From: Alphaproteobacteria bacterium
Lineage (GTDB): Bacteria > Pseudomonadota > Alphaproteobacteria > CAAHEQ01 > UBA3637
Assembly: GCA_045614025.1 (NCBI GenBank)
Contig: JAZLCE010000013.1
Span: forward strand, 40,272 to 104,271
DNA length: 64,000 bases
Direction of reading: 5' to 3'
Below, one piece after another: positions 28,453 through 37,237 of the stretch. The notes beneath the pieces are model-generated. The model saw only the letters and a program-made list of their open reading frames with translations. It searched no databases and was not told where the DNA came from. Made by a program: the position numbers and the translations under genes. Position 1 is the stretch's first letter. Each line of letters starts with the position of its first letter.

Positions 28453-29163
28453 GTGGCAACAAATAAATTATCAACACCAATTGCTGAATTCAATGGCGTT
28501 TCGTTTAAATACCCAACGGGACCTGAGGTTTTAAAGGATATTCAACTTACTCTTCAACCTGGATCATTTTATTTTATGACTGGAGAAAGTGGTGCAGGAA
28601 AAACATCTCTTTTAAGTTTACTTTATTTAAACAATATTCCTACAAAAGGTCGCATTAGATTATTTGGCTATGCGTTAGATACATTATCAAGAGAAGCAAA
28701 AGCTCAAATCAGACGACAAATTGGGGTTGTTTTTCAAGATTATCGCCTTCTTGATCATTTAAATGCATTTGATAATGTTGCCTTACCGCTCAGAATTTCA
28801 GGCACAAAAGAACAAGATATCAAAAAACATGTTCGCGAATTATTAGCATGGGTTGGCCTTGAAAAACAACTTGATAAATATCCTCATGAATTATCTGGTG
28901 GCGAAAAACAACGCGTTGCTATTGCAAGAGCGGTGATTAATCGCCCTCGCCTTTTATTAGCAGACGAACCAACAGGTAACGTTGATGACGCCATGGCTAA
29001 AAGATTAATTTATTTATTTTTAGAACTCAATAAACTTGGCACAACAACCGTTATTGCCACACATAACCATAACCTTATTAAACATTTTGGCTTCCCTCGC
29101 CTTCATTTATCTCATGGGCACATTGAAGCGGTTGAAAAAAACAACACAGCAAACAAAGGTTAA
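28453..29163 (+). CDS. ftsE: cell division ATP-binding protein FtsE
   Basis: 236 aa with a GTG start, 'GESGAGKTSLL', 'LSGGEKQRVAIARA' and 'LLADEPTGN'. Confidence 0.95.
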   Translation: MATNKLSTPIAEFNGVSFKYPTGPEVLKDIQLTLQPGSFYFMTGESGAGKTSLLSLLYLNNIPTKGRIRLFGYALDTLSREAKAQIRRQIGVVFQDYRLLDHLNAFDNVALPLRISGTKEQDIKKHVRELLAWVGLEKQLDKYPHELSGGEKQRVAIARAVINRPRLLLADEPTGNVDDAMAKRLIYLFLELNKLGTTTVIATHNHNLIKHFGFPRLHLSHGHIEAVEKNNTANKG

Positions 29164-29178
29164 TCAAGGAACAATATC

Positions 29179-30072
29179 ATGAAAAAAAGAACAGACATTC
29201 CCTTTTCATCCGATTCATCAAAATTTTTCATTCCATGGCTTAGTATGTTTATGGTATTTATTGCTACATTAATTTTAGCCATTGCCATTGTAGTTTATTC
29301 TTCCGTTCAATCTTGGACAAGCAATATCTCTGGCACTCTCACCGTTCAAATTCCAACATACACTGAAAAAGGTGAAAGCAGAGAAGATCAAATCAATAAA
29401 GATATTGAAATGACGCTCACTCTTTTAAGATCAAGCGAAGGTATCACAGGGGCATCACTTTTATCTGACGATCAAATTTCAACTTTGATGGAACCATGGT
29501 TAGGACAACGTGATGCTATCAATGAGTTACCTCTTCCAAAAATTATTGATGTGAACGCCGATCCAAATAATTTTCCAAACATCAGAAGATTGAAAGCCGA
29601 TTTATTTGATCAAGTTCCAGAAGCAATTTTAGATAGCCATCGTGCGGCACTTTCTGATCTTGTTGCCTTTTTTGAAAACATGGTTCATTTAATTGCCTTT
29701 ATTTTATTACTAATTTTAATCACAACAGCGCTCTCTGTTATCTATGTAACAAAATCAAGTATGTCTGTTCATCAAAAAGTTATTGAACTGATTCACATGA
29801 TGGGTGCAAGTGATTTTTATATCACCATTCAATTTGCTATGCGCAGTTTTAAACTTACTTTACTTGGCAGTTTTATCGGATTTTTATTAGCTATCCCAAT
29901 TATGGTATTGTTTGATTATTTCTTGCGCCAAATGAGCTCTAGCTTTGTTCTTGAAAGCACGTTAAATCCTTTGCAATGGCTGATTTTGGTCAGCGTTCCA
30001 ATTTTAACGGCATTGTTATCTTTTGTAACTGCTTATAGAACTGTTTCAAAAACATTAAAACAAACGTTATAG
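29179..30072 (+). CDS. ftsX: cell division permease-like protein FtsX
   Basis: 297 aa. One N-terminal TM, a periplasmic domain and three C-terminal TMs. Lies directly after ftsE. Confidence 0.85.
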   Translation: MKKRTDIPFSSDSSKFFIPWLSMFMVFIATLILAIAIVVYSSVQSWTSNISGTLTVQIPTYTEKGESREDQINKDIEMTLTLLRSSEGITGASLLSDDQISTLMEPWLGQRDAINELPLPKIIDVNADPNNFPNIRRLKADLFDQVPEAILDSHRAALSDLVAFFENMVHLIAFILLLILITTALSVIYVTKSSMSVHQKVIELIHMMGASDFYITIQFAMRSFKLTLLGSFIGFLLAIPIMVLFDYFLRQMSSSFVLESTLNPLQWLILVSVPILTALLSFVTAYRTVSKTLKQTL

Positions 30073-30645
30073 ATGATAAAAAAACTGATAAACATTAACA
30101 TTTATTTTTCTATGATTTTCTTGATGTTTTGGCTCATCGGATTTTTATTTTTTAGCCTTTACGCCTTATCATTTAAATATGCGCCACAAACGCATTCGGA
30201 TGCTGTTGTTGTTTTAACTGGTGGAAGCAATCGAATTAACACAGGGCTAAAACTAATTAAAGATAAAAAAGCAGAATATATGTTAATTTCAGGGGTTCAT
30301 AAAGAAGTAACAAAGCAAAAATTATTTCCAAATGTTGAAGAAAATATTTTAGATAAAATCACTTTGGGGTATATGGCGCTAAACACAAAAGGAAACGCAA
30401 AAGAAGTGAATGATTGGATTAAAGAAAAGAATATTCACTCGATTTTATTGGTTACAAGTTTTTATCATATGCCCAGAAGTATTTTTGAAATTCAACAATT
30501 AAATAAAGAAATTCAAATTGCACCGCTTCCTGTTTTTCCAAAATCATTCAACAATTCTGTTGATTGGATTAAAACAAGATATGCTTGGTTGCTTTTTATT
30601 GAGTATCACAAAGTTATTTACACAAGGCTAAAAGCCCTCTTTTGA
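30073..30645 (+). CDS. YdcF/ElyC-family (DUF218) protein
   Basis: 190 aa with an N-terminal TM, 'VVVLTGGSNRI' and 'LLVTSFYHMPRS' motifs. Confidence 0.7.
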   Translation: MIKKLININIYFSMIFLMFWLIGFLFFSLYALSFKYAPQTHSDAVVVLTGGSNRINTGLKLIKDKKAEYMLISGVHKEVTKQKLFPNVEENILDKITLGYMALNTKGNAKEVNDWIKEKNIHSILLVTSFYHMPRSIFEIQQLNKEIQIAPLPVFPKSFNNSVDWIKTRYAWLLFIEYHKVIYTRLKALF

Positions 30646-31415
30646 AAGGATATCATATGACAAAAACTTATAAACCATCAAAAATCAGATCTCATTGTTT
30701 TAATCTGTTTTTATATCTTGGCACATTTATATTATGTGTTTTATATTTACCAACAATGTTTATGTCAACAAAAGGATCTGGCTGCTTTCCAAGAGTTTGG
30801 TCAAAAACAATGCGTAAAGCTTTAAAAATTATTTGCAATATTGAAGTTGAAATTAAAGGTCTTGAAAATTTACCAAAAGAACCTGGATATATTGTTGCCG
30901 CAAAACATCAATCAGCAATGGAAACCACTCTTTTTCATAGCATTATTCCAAACCTCTTTTATGTTTTGAAAAGAGAATTACTTTTCTACCCTTTAGTTGG
31001 TTTTTATTTCCTAAAAACAGGTTGTATTGCTATTGATAGAAAAGGTGGCACAAAAACCATGCGTAAAATGGTTAAGGGTGTGAAAAAGAACTTAGCACGA
31101 GGAATGAATTTAACCATCTTCCCTGAAGGAACCAGAACAGCTCCAGGAAGCAAAAAACCATATTCGCCTGGCGTTGCTTTTCTTTATGAACAATGTAATG
31201 CCCCCATTGTTCCTGTTGCATTAAACACGGGTTATTGCTGGGGAAGAAATCAAAAATATAAAACACCAGGTATTGTTACAATTTCATTTTTGCCAGTTAT
31301 TGAACCCGGACTCAACAAACGCGAATTTATGAAAAAACTTTATGACGTGATTGAAACTGAACAAGATAAGCTCACGCATCCTCAAGAACTTTTAAAACAA
31401 AGAAAAGGTTTATAA
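30642..31415 (+). CDS. plsC: 1-acyl-sn-glycerol-3-phosphate acyltransferase
   Basis: 257 aa with an acyltransferase block I-like 'AAKHQSAMETT' and block III 'IFPEGTRT'. Confidence 0.85.
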   Translation: MKGYHMTKTYKPSKIRSHCFNLFLYLGTFILCVLYLPTMFMSTKGSGCFPRVWSKTMRKALKIICNIEVEIKGLENLPKEPGYIVAAKHQSAMETTLFHSIIPNLFYVLKRELLFYPLVGFYFLKTGCIAIDRKGGTKTMRKMVKGVKKNLARGMNLTIFPEGTRTAPGSKKPYSPGVAFLYEQCNAPIVPVALNTGYCWGRNQKYKTPGIVTISFLPVIEPGLNKREFMKKLYDVIETEQDKLTHPQELLKQRKGL

Positions 31416-32524
31416 TGATTGAAAGAAAAATCGTCTTAGGCGTCTATTCTGATTCTAGTTTGAATAACGTTGAACTTTGCTTGATTGAAACAGATGGGAT
31501 TGATATATTTGGCAAGCCCATTTCATTGCTTCGCCCTTATAGCAACGAGTTAAAAGACAAAATTTATAAATTTATGCTTAAAGGCGATTTTTCTAATACA
31601 TCTAGCATGACAGAAATTTCAAAAGAAATTACTGCTTTTCATAAAGAAGTGATTTCAGAGTTTATTAGTTTAAACAAACGCGAATATCCTCATATTGATT
31701 TAATTGGCTATTCAGGACATACTGTTTATCAAAATCCAGATGAAAAAGTAAACATAACTCTTGGAAATTTTGAAGAGCTAGCCACTCATTTTAACATCCC
31801 CTTTGTTGGCAAATTTTTAAATTCAGACTTAATGGCAGGTGGTCGTGGTGGACCTATTTTCAGCACCTTTTATGATGCCTTAACAAGAAATGAAAAGAAG
31901 CCTCTTTGCATCATTTCATTAGGCGGCATCATCACTTTAACCAATATTAATCCATTTGGACAATTACAAGCTTTTGATTCTTCAATTGGTCTAGTTTTAT
32001 TAGATCATTGGATATATAATAAAACAGGCGCAGAAATGGATTTTAATGGGAAATATGCCAAACTAGGTAAAATTGATGACTCTTTGGTAAATCGCCTTTT
32101 AAAAGATAAATATATCCTTAAAACACCACCTAAAACCGTTCGTCGTGAAAGTTTTATGGATTTATATAAACATGTAGAAGGGTGTTCTTTAGAAACAGGC
32201 GCAGCTTCACTCACCAATTTTATTGCAAAAAGCATTCTCTTTAGTTCTACTTATTTTAATGAAGAACCAATACAATTTATTTTAACAGGTGGAGGTATTT
32301 ATAATCCAACCCTTGTTCAAATGATTAAACAAGAAATTAAACAACCAATTAAAACAGCTCTTGATTTAGGATGGGATAATGACACATTAAATGCACAAGG
32401 ATATGCTTTTTTAGCTGTACGCTCCATTTCAAACCTTCCAATTAGCTTTCCAAAAACAACTGGGGCTTATGAAGCCGTGACAGGTGGAAAAACATTTTAT
32501 CCATCAGATTCGCGATTCGCATAA
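31415..32524 (+). CDS. anmK: anhydro-N-acetylmuramic acid kinase-like protein
   Basis: 369 aa. Length and sugar-kinase/Hsp70-like pattern fit AnmK: N-terminal 'GVYSDSSLNNVELCLIE' in place of GxMSGTSxDG, 'NLGGI'-like 'ISLGGI', and C-terminal 'TGGG.YN' and 'TTGA'. The N-terminal motif is divergent. Confidence 0.65.
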   Translation: MIERKIVLGVYSDSSLNNVELCLIETDGIDIFGKPISLLRPYSNELKDKIYKFMLKGDFSNTSSMTEISKEITAFHKEVISEFISLNKREYPHIDLIGYSGHTVYQNPDEKVNITLGNFEELATHFNIPFVGKFLNSDLMAGGRGGPIFSTFYDALTRNEKKPLCIISLGGIITLTNINPFGQLQAFDSSIGLVLLDHWIYNKTGAEMDFNGKYAKLGKIDDSLVNRLLKDKYILKTPPKTVRRESFMDLYKHVEGCSLETGAASLTNFIAKSILFSSTYFNEEPIQFILTGGGIYNPTLVQMIKQEIKQPIKTALDLGWDNDTLNAQGYAFLAVRSISNLPISFPKTTGAYEAVTGGKTFYPSDSRFA

Positions 32525-32623
32525 TTTTTAGGCATTTTTAGCGACTCAAAATAATTTTTACCATATTTTTTACATAAAAAAGTATATAAAATTCAAGATT
32601 TTATGAAATTTTTATATTTTTTC

Positions 32624-32652
32624 TTGCTTTTTTTGTTTGATTTGTATATATT
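32624..32652 (+). promoter_or_regulatory. candidate sigma70-type promoter for the 13-aa-repeat gene
   Basis: TTGCTT (32624-32629), a 17-nt spacer, then TATATT (32647-32652), about 35 nt upstream of the ATG at 32688. Confidence 0.3.
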
Positions 32653-32687
32653 GCAGTCTTCCGTTCAAATCAACAAAAGAGGAAAAA

Positions 32688-33047
32688 ATGAAACAAATTA
32701 TTCGTAAAACAGTTTTAACGTTAACGGCATTTATGTCAGTTAATTCTGCTTTTGCAAACACATTAACACCAACACCTGAAACGGTTAAAAATGGTGTTAC
32801 TGCTACTCAAACTAAAAACAAAGATAAAAAAATTGCAAATACATTACCTCCATCATATGAAGGAAAAGCAATGGTAAACACTTTACCTCCATCATACGAA
32901 GGCAGAGCAATTGCAAACTCTTTACCACCAACCTATGAAGGCAGAGCAATTGCAAACTCTTTACCACCAACCTTCGATGGCCGAGCAATTTGCAAACAAG
33001 CTATTAAATTTAACATTCTCGATACTCAACGCGTTAGAATGGGATAA
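32688..33047 (+). CDS. small secreted protein with 4 x 13-aa tandem repeats
   Basis: The ATG at 32688 follows an AGAGGA SD; the ORF-track start at 32637 is less likely. Signal peptide 'MKQIIRKTVLTLTAFMSVNSAFA|NT'. Repeats are NTLPPSYEGKAMV / NTLPPSYEGRAIA / NSLPPTYEGRAIA / NSLPPTFDGRAIC. Confidence 0.65.
   Translation: MKQIIRKTVLTLTAFMSVNSAFANTLTPTPETVKNGVTATQTKNKDKKIANTLPPSYEGKAMVNTLPPSYEGRAIANSLPPTYEGRAIANSLPPTFDGRAICKQAIKFNILDTQRVRMG
32838..32993 (+). repeat. 4 x 39-bp in-frame tandem repeat
   Basis: Four directly visible consecutive 39-bp units (aa[ty]ac[at]ttacc[ta]cca.c.ta[tc]gaagg.a.agcaat.g.a) with a few substitutions each. Confidence 0.9.
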
Positions 33048-33161
33048 AAAAGGATACAAGAAAGAAAGGAAAGAAATTAGTTATCATCTTTTCCTTTCTT
33101 TACTTTGATCATTATAAACGCCTTTAAAGGTGTTTTTTTATGCTTAAAAATTGATATCCTT

Positions 33162-33204
33162 AAAAAAGAAAAAGAGAGTCAAAAGACTCTCTTTTTCTTT
33201 TTTA
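33162..33204. terminator. bidirectional terminator between the repeat gene and the autotransporter
   Basis: 13-bp stem GAAAAAGAGAGTC (33168-33180) / GACTCTCTTTTTC (33185-33197) with loop AAAA, flanked by A- and T-runs. Confidence 0.7.
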
Positions 33205-33212
33205 ATATTTGC

Positions 33213-36200
33213 CTAGAATTTATATTTCAAAGAAGCCAATCCTGTGTGATTTGTATAATCTCCTTTGAATACACCTTCATATTCTAAAGCAATTTCTGCT
33301 TTTCTGTTGATATCTAAACCAACGCGAGCACCAATTTCAATACCAAACTTATCCAAGTTTTCTGTTACAACATCATAACGGGCCCCGTTAACCAATGTCA
33401 CAGAATTTTCTAAATCTGGTTCTAAGAAATCATATGTAATAGCTGCGCGCAATTCTGGATACCATGCAATTGATGGAGAAAGAGTGTAACCAATAGTATA
33501 TTGAGCACCCAAAATACCCGTTAACACATGACCATCTGCACCGCTTACTTTTTGACCAGCGCTATCTGTATGTCCATGTTGTTTAATATAGGTATATCTT
33601 AACCCGATTTCAGGCGATAAAACACCACTGGCCCAATCACCCACAACAAATGGTCCCATTTTATTACCAAACATGATTTGGCCACCAAAAACATCCACAT
33701 CATATTCAGCTTTTACTCGTTCTGTATAAACCTTTTTGTTTTCTTCATAAGAAGAACGCGTATATAAGGCTAACCAATTTGTATAAAATCTATCAGGATT
33801 ATATTCGCCATAAACAGCAACCGTGTGTGATTCAACTTCTGTATCGCGTTGAACTGCCGTTCCATCTGATTTTGCAAATGTATAGGCAACACCAAGTTTT
33901 GTGTCACGAGCAATATGTTTATCAAACCCAATGGCAAATCCTTCTGTATCCATGTCAAAACCTTTATCGCCCGTATATTCAGACTGACCATAAAGGCTTT
34001 GCATCCAAACTCGAGATTTGCGTTCTGGGAAGCGATAGAATCGTTTTCCTCTATGAACATATCCTGTTCGATCCATTGATGCATATAATTGCTTTGAAAT
34101 CATGCCATGCAAACGTTGAGTGATTTCTGTTGCTTGAGCTTGAATAAGTGGAGAGACATCTGGCGCAATGCCATCTAAAGCATCTTTGTAAACTTTAGAA
34201 TCGCATCCTCCTGGAGCTTGAGCCAAGTTATTCAAAAGATCTCTGATTTCTTGAGCTCTGTTATGGCCAACCATATCTTCTTCAGATTCAACCCATGCAT
34301 TATGAACACATCCACCATTCGGACAGATTGGTCGAATTTTAGTTAGTTCATAAACACCATCACCCTTATATTTAATGTTATACATGCCATTTTTAGTGAT
34401 GGTTGCAAAACCAGTGTTATCTACAACATTTAAAGTTGAAGCATCCAAAATTTTAAATTCTTTTGGGCCTTCCCCTTTATTCATATGCTCGCCTGCTTTT
34501 ACGCGAATGGTAATCGCTGTATCATCACTGGAAACATTAATTGTGTTTGCACTTAAACCACCAAAATTCTTGCCTAAATCTTCTTTAGTGCCATCTTTTG
34601 TGTTTAAATGAACAAGCATTTCTGATCCAGCATTTACATTGATCACATCACCATAAACAGCTGATTTACCAAGGTCAATTCGGCTGTTATTCACATTGAC
34701 AGTTCCAGTTTTGGATTTATCAATATTAATAACCCCTTTTGTTAAATCGGATGAATGATGCAATTGCAAGGAACTGTTTGAAATATTTAATGTTCCTTTA
34801 TTCACAACATCTTCGCCATCTGCAAACAAACGAACTTTTTGACTTGGAGCTGGATGACCACTATTTTCAGTTTGTTGACTATAATATGGATCATAATCCA
34901 AATCAATTGTATCTTTAGCGCCTTGAATGGTCACTGTTCCACCTGTTTCATTATAGATAGCGGATCCACCATTTGTTGCGCCGTTGTTTTTAAAAGTTGT
35001 TGTTGCGGCATTATTAATTGTTAAAGTGCCAGCATTATAAATGGCACCACCTGTTGCAGCCGTATTGGAATCAAATGTTGCACCTTCAATTGTTGCTGAA
35101 GCATCAGCTAAATTATAAATAGCACCGCCTTTTTCTGTTGCCTTATTGCCTTGGAATGTATCATTCGTTGAAGTTAAGGTTCCTTTAGGAAGTGTTACAC
35201 CATCAGCCAAATTCGAAATTGAGCTTGTTTCATTCAGAATAGCCCCACCATTTTTACTTGAGTTAGCGCTATACGTATTTCCTTCTGAATCAAATTTACC
35301 AGTATTATGAACGGCACCCCCAGTTTGTTGAGACATATTATTGCTGATGATTGCATTTTTAACCGTTAAATCACCTTTAGCTAATCCAACAACTGGGCCA
35401 CTTTCAACAGCTTGAATCCCAACCATATCATTGCGAATCGCACCACCTGCACCTATTGCATCATCATCTGTTTTATTGCTATCAAGCGTACCACCATTAA
35501 TTACCATTGTTCCAGCATTATAAATGGCACCCCCTTGATAACCACCAATGTTATTTTTCATTGTAACATTGTTTAATTCGGCTTCTGCAGCAACTGTTTT
35601 TAAACTTCCATCAGATGATTTATAAACATTACCAATGTTATAAACAGCTCCACCAACTTGTCTAGCTTTATTATCCACAAACGTATCTTTCGTTGAAGTT
35701 AAAACAGCCTTTGGTGGGTTATATACCACACCATCAGCTTCTCTTGAAGAACTTACCTCATTTCCAATGGCACCACCAGAATCAGCAACGTTTCCTTCAT
35801 ATTGGTTTGAAATTGAGTTGGCAGTTGAAACATTTAAAATTGCCCCACCGATCACAAGAGTATCCTGATTATTATCCGTTGCCCTATTTTCTTTAAACGT
35901 TGAATTTGAAACAGTTAAAGTTCCATATTCAACAGATGTTGGCTTGTCATCTGTTCGATTTGTAACAACAAAATCATTAGAAATGGCGCCACCATTTCCT
36001 GTTGACGTGTTTGCTTTGAATCCAGCATCATCAATTGTTAAATTACCCGTATTTAAAATGGCGCCACCATTTGTTTTTGATGTATTGCTAACAAAGTCAT
36101 CCCCTTTTGAAGTAACCGAACTATCTTTATGAACATAAAGCGCACCACCAGCCTCAGCTGCAGAGTTTTGATAAAATCTATTGCCAGACATTTGCAAGGA

Positions 36201-37043
36201 TTTTCCTGAAAAATCAACTGCACCACCGTGACCCAATAATTCCCCCGTTGTTCCCAATCTGTTAACCGCACTGTTTCCAACAAAAGTATTGTTTGTTACT
36301 GTTGCATTTGAATTACCCTCAATATTAACGGCGGCACCATTTCCTTGAGCAGAGTTACTGATAAATGTGTTATCCGAAACATTAACAGCAATTTCATGTG
36401 TTGAATCACCTGAAGCAACAATCCCAGCACCAAGATCATTTGTTCCATTTGCATCTTGAGCACCCACAGTTGAAGATCCATAAAAAACATTATTTTTTGC
36501 TGTTAAATTCGCATTATAAGTATAAACAGCTGGCGCACCTGAAGCATCAATATTATTACCTGTTGAATCTTTTATCGTATCATCATTTTTCAAATAATCG
36601 GTTAAGTTTTGGATATAACCAGCAACATTATCCCCTTTCACATTCGCAATATTCGAATAATCAACACCTTGTTTCATATCCCCAATATTTTGAACAATTA
36701 AGGTTCCATCACCTGTTTGACCACTTAAATTATATACAATTGATCCCTTAATGGTTTCACCTTGAATAGCTTGCCCAGAAGAAGTGTTTCCATCAACTGT
36801 TAGCGTTAAGCCAGGTTTTGTTACTTGATAAACATCCATAGCTCCCCACACTGAACTATCTTGAAGAACTTGATTTTTCGAAGCTTCGGTCATATTAAAT
36901 GTATTAGAACTGGCCGTTCCTGCATTAACGCTATCAATCCAATCAACAAGATCTGTTGTGCCAGAAAAAGATGGGGAACTGAACATCATTGAGCTTAAAA
37001 TAGTTGCCCCCAATAAAAACGCCGTTATTTTTGTCTCCCTCAT
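33213..37043 (-). CDS. autotransporter with Pmp-type (GGA[ILV] / FxxN) passenger repeats
   Basis: 1276 aa with a signal peptide. About 13 'GGA[IVL]' motifs (GGAILNT, GGAISND, GGAIYNA, GGAIRND, GGAVHNT and others) alternate with 'FxxN' motifs (FISNSA, FVGNSA, FYQNSA, FVSNTS, FKANTS, FKENRA, FVDNKA, FQGNKA, FDSNTA, FKNNGA). The C-terminal roughly 280 aa form a beta-barrel ending 'ASLKYKF'. Confidence 0.9.
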   Translation of the reverse strand: MRETKITAFLLGATILSSMMFSSPSFSGTTDLVDWIDSVNAGTASSNTFNMTEASKNQVLQDSSVWGAMDVYQVTKPGLTLTVDGNTSSGQAIQGETIKGSIVYNLSGQTGDGTLIVQNIGDMKQGVDYSNIANVKGDNVAGYIQNLTDYLKNDDTIKDSTGNNIDASGAPAVYTYNANLTAKNNVFYGSSTVGAQDANGTNDLGAGIVASGDSTHEIAVNVSDNTFISNSAQGNGAAVNIEGNSNATVTNNTFVGNSAVNRLGTTGELLGHGGAVDFSGKSLQMSGNRFYQNSAAEAGGALYVHKDSSVTSKGDDFVSNTSKTNGGAILNTGNLTIDDAGFKANTSTGNGGAISNDFVVTNRTDDKPTSVEYGTLTVSNSTFKENRATDNNQDTLVIGGAILNVSTANSISNQYEGNVADSGGAIGNEVSSSREADGVVYNPPKAVLTSTKDTFVDNKARQVGGAVYNIGNVYKSSDGSLKTVAAEAELNNVTMKNNIGGYQGGAIYNAGTMVINGGTLDSNKTDDDAIGAGGAIRNDMVGIQAVESGPVVGLAKGDLTVKNAIISNNMSQQTGGAVHNTGKFDSEGNTYSANSSKNGGAILNETSSISNLADGVTLPKGTLTSTNDTFQGNKATEKGGAIYNLADASATIEGATFDSNTAATGGAIYNAGTLTINNAATTTFKNNGATNGGSAIYNETGGTVTIQGAKDTIDLDYDPYYSQQTENSGHPAPSQKVRLFADGEDVVNKGTLNISNSSLQLHHSSDLTKGVINIDKSKTGTVNVNNSRIDLGKSAVYGDVINVNAGSEMLVHLNTKDGTKEDLGKNFGGLSANTINVSSDDTAITIRVKAGEHMNKGEGPKEFKILDASTLNVVDNTGFATITKNGMYNIKYKGDGVYELTKIRPICPNGGCVHNAWVESEEDMVGHNRAQEIRDLLNNLAQAPGGCDSKVYKDALDGIAPDVSPLIQAQATEITQRLHGMISKQLYASMDRTGYVHRGKRFYRFPERKSRVWMQSLYGQSEYTGDKGFDMDTEGFAIGFDKHIARDTKLGVAYTFAKSDGTAVQRDTEVESHTVAVYGEYNPDRFYTNWLALYTRSSYEENKKVYTERVKAEYDVDVFGGQIMFGNKMGPFVVGDWASGVLSPEIGLRYTYIKQHGHTDSAGQKVSGADGHVLTGILGAQYTIGYTLSPSIAWYPELRAAITYDFLEPDLENSVTLVNGARYDVVTENLDKFGIEIGARVGLDINRKAEIALEYEGVFKGDYTNHTGLASLKYKF

Positions 37044-37198
37044 AATACCTCCAACGTTTAAGAAAAATAGAATAGTCCTAATTAAAGTTTAACACCTTTT
37101 AATCCATCCGTCTAGTAAAAAATAGTAATATATTGATTTTTTTAATCAAACAAATAAAAAAAATTTTATTAAAAAATATAAAACTTTTAAAAAGACCA

Positions 37199-37232
37199 TA
37201 AAAAACCCGCCTTTCGGCGGCTTTTTTTTATT
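37199..37232 (-). terminator. terminator after the Ser/Thr/Pro-rich gene
   Basis: On the minus strand: GCCGCC-GAAA-GGCGG followed by a T-run. The GC-rich stem is short, with a GNRA loop. Confidence 0.5.
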
Positions 37233-37237
37233 TTCAC

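Noticed and set aside
30870-30930. PlsC block I reads 'KHQSAMET' (His-x4-Glu) rather than the textbook NHxxxxD
   Set aside because: The catalytic His is present, Glu is a conservative replacement for Asp, and the other acyltransferase blocks (FPEGTR) are intact. I believe similar variants occur in other alphaproteobacterial PlsC proteins, so this is not evidence of inactivation.
32505-32540. 'GATTCGCATAAT' resembling the XerC-side arm of a proteobacterial dif site
   Set aside because: Only the left half matches. The expected central region and the inverted right arm (..TTATGTTAAAT-like) are absent, and the sequence is the coding 3' end of anmK.
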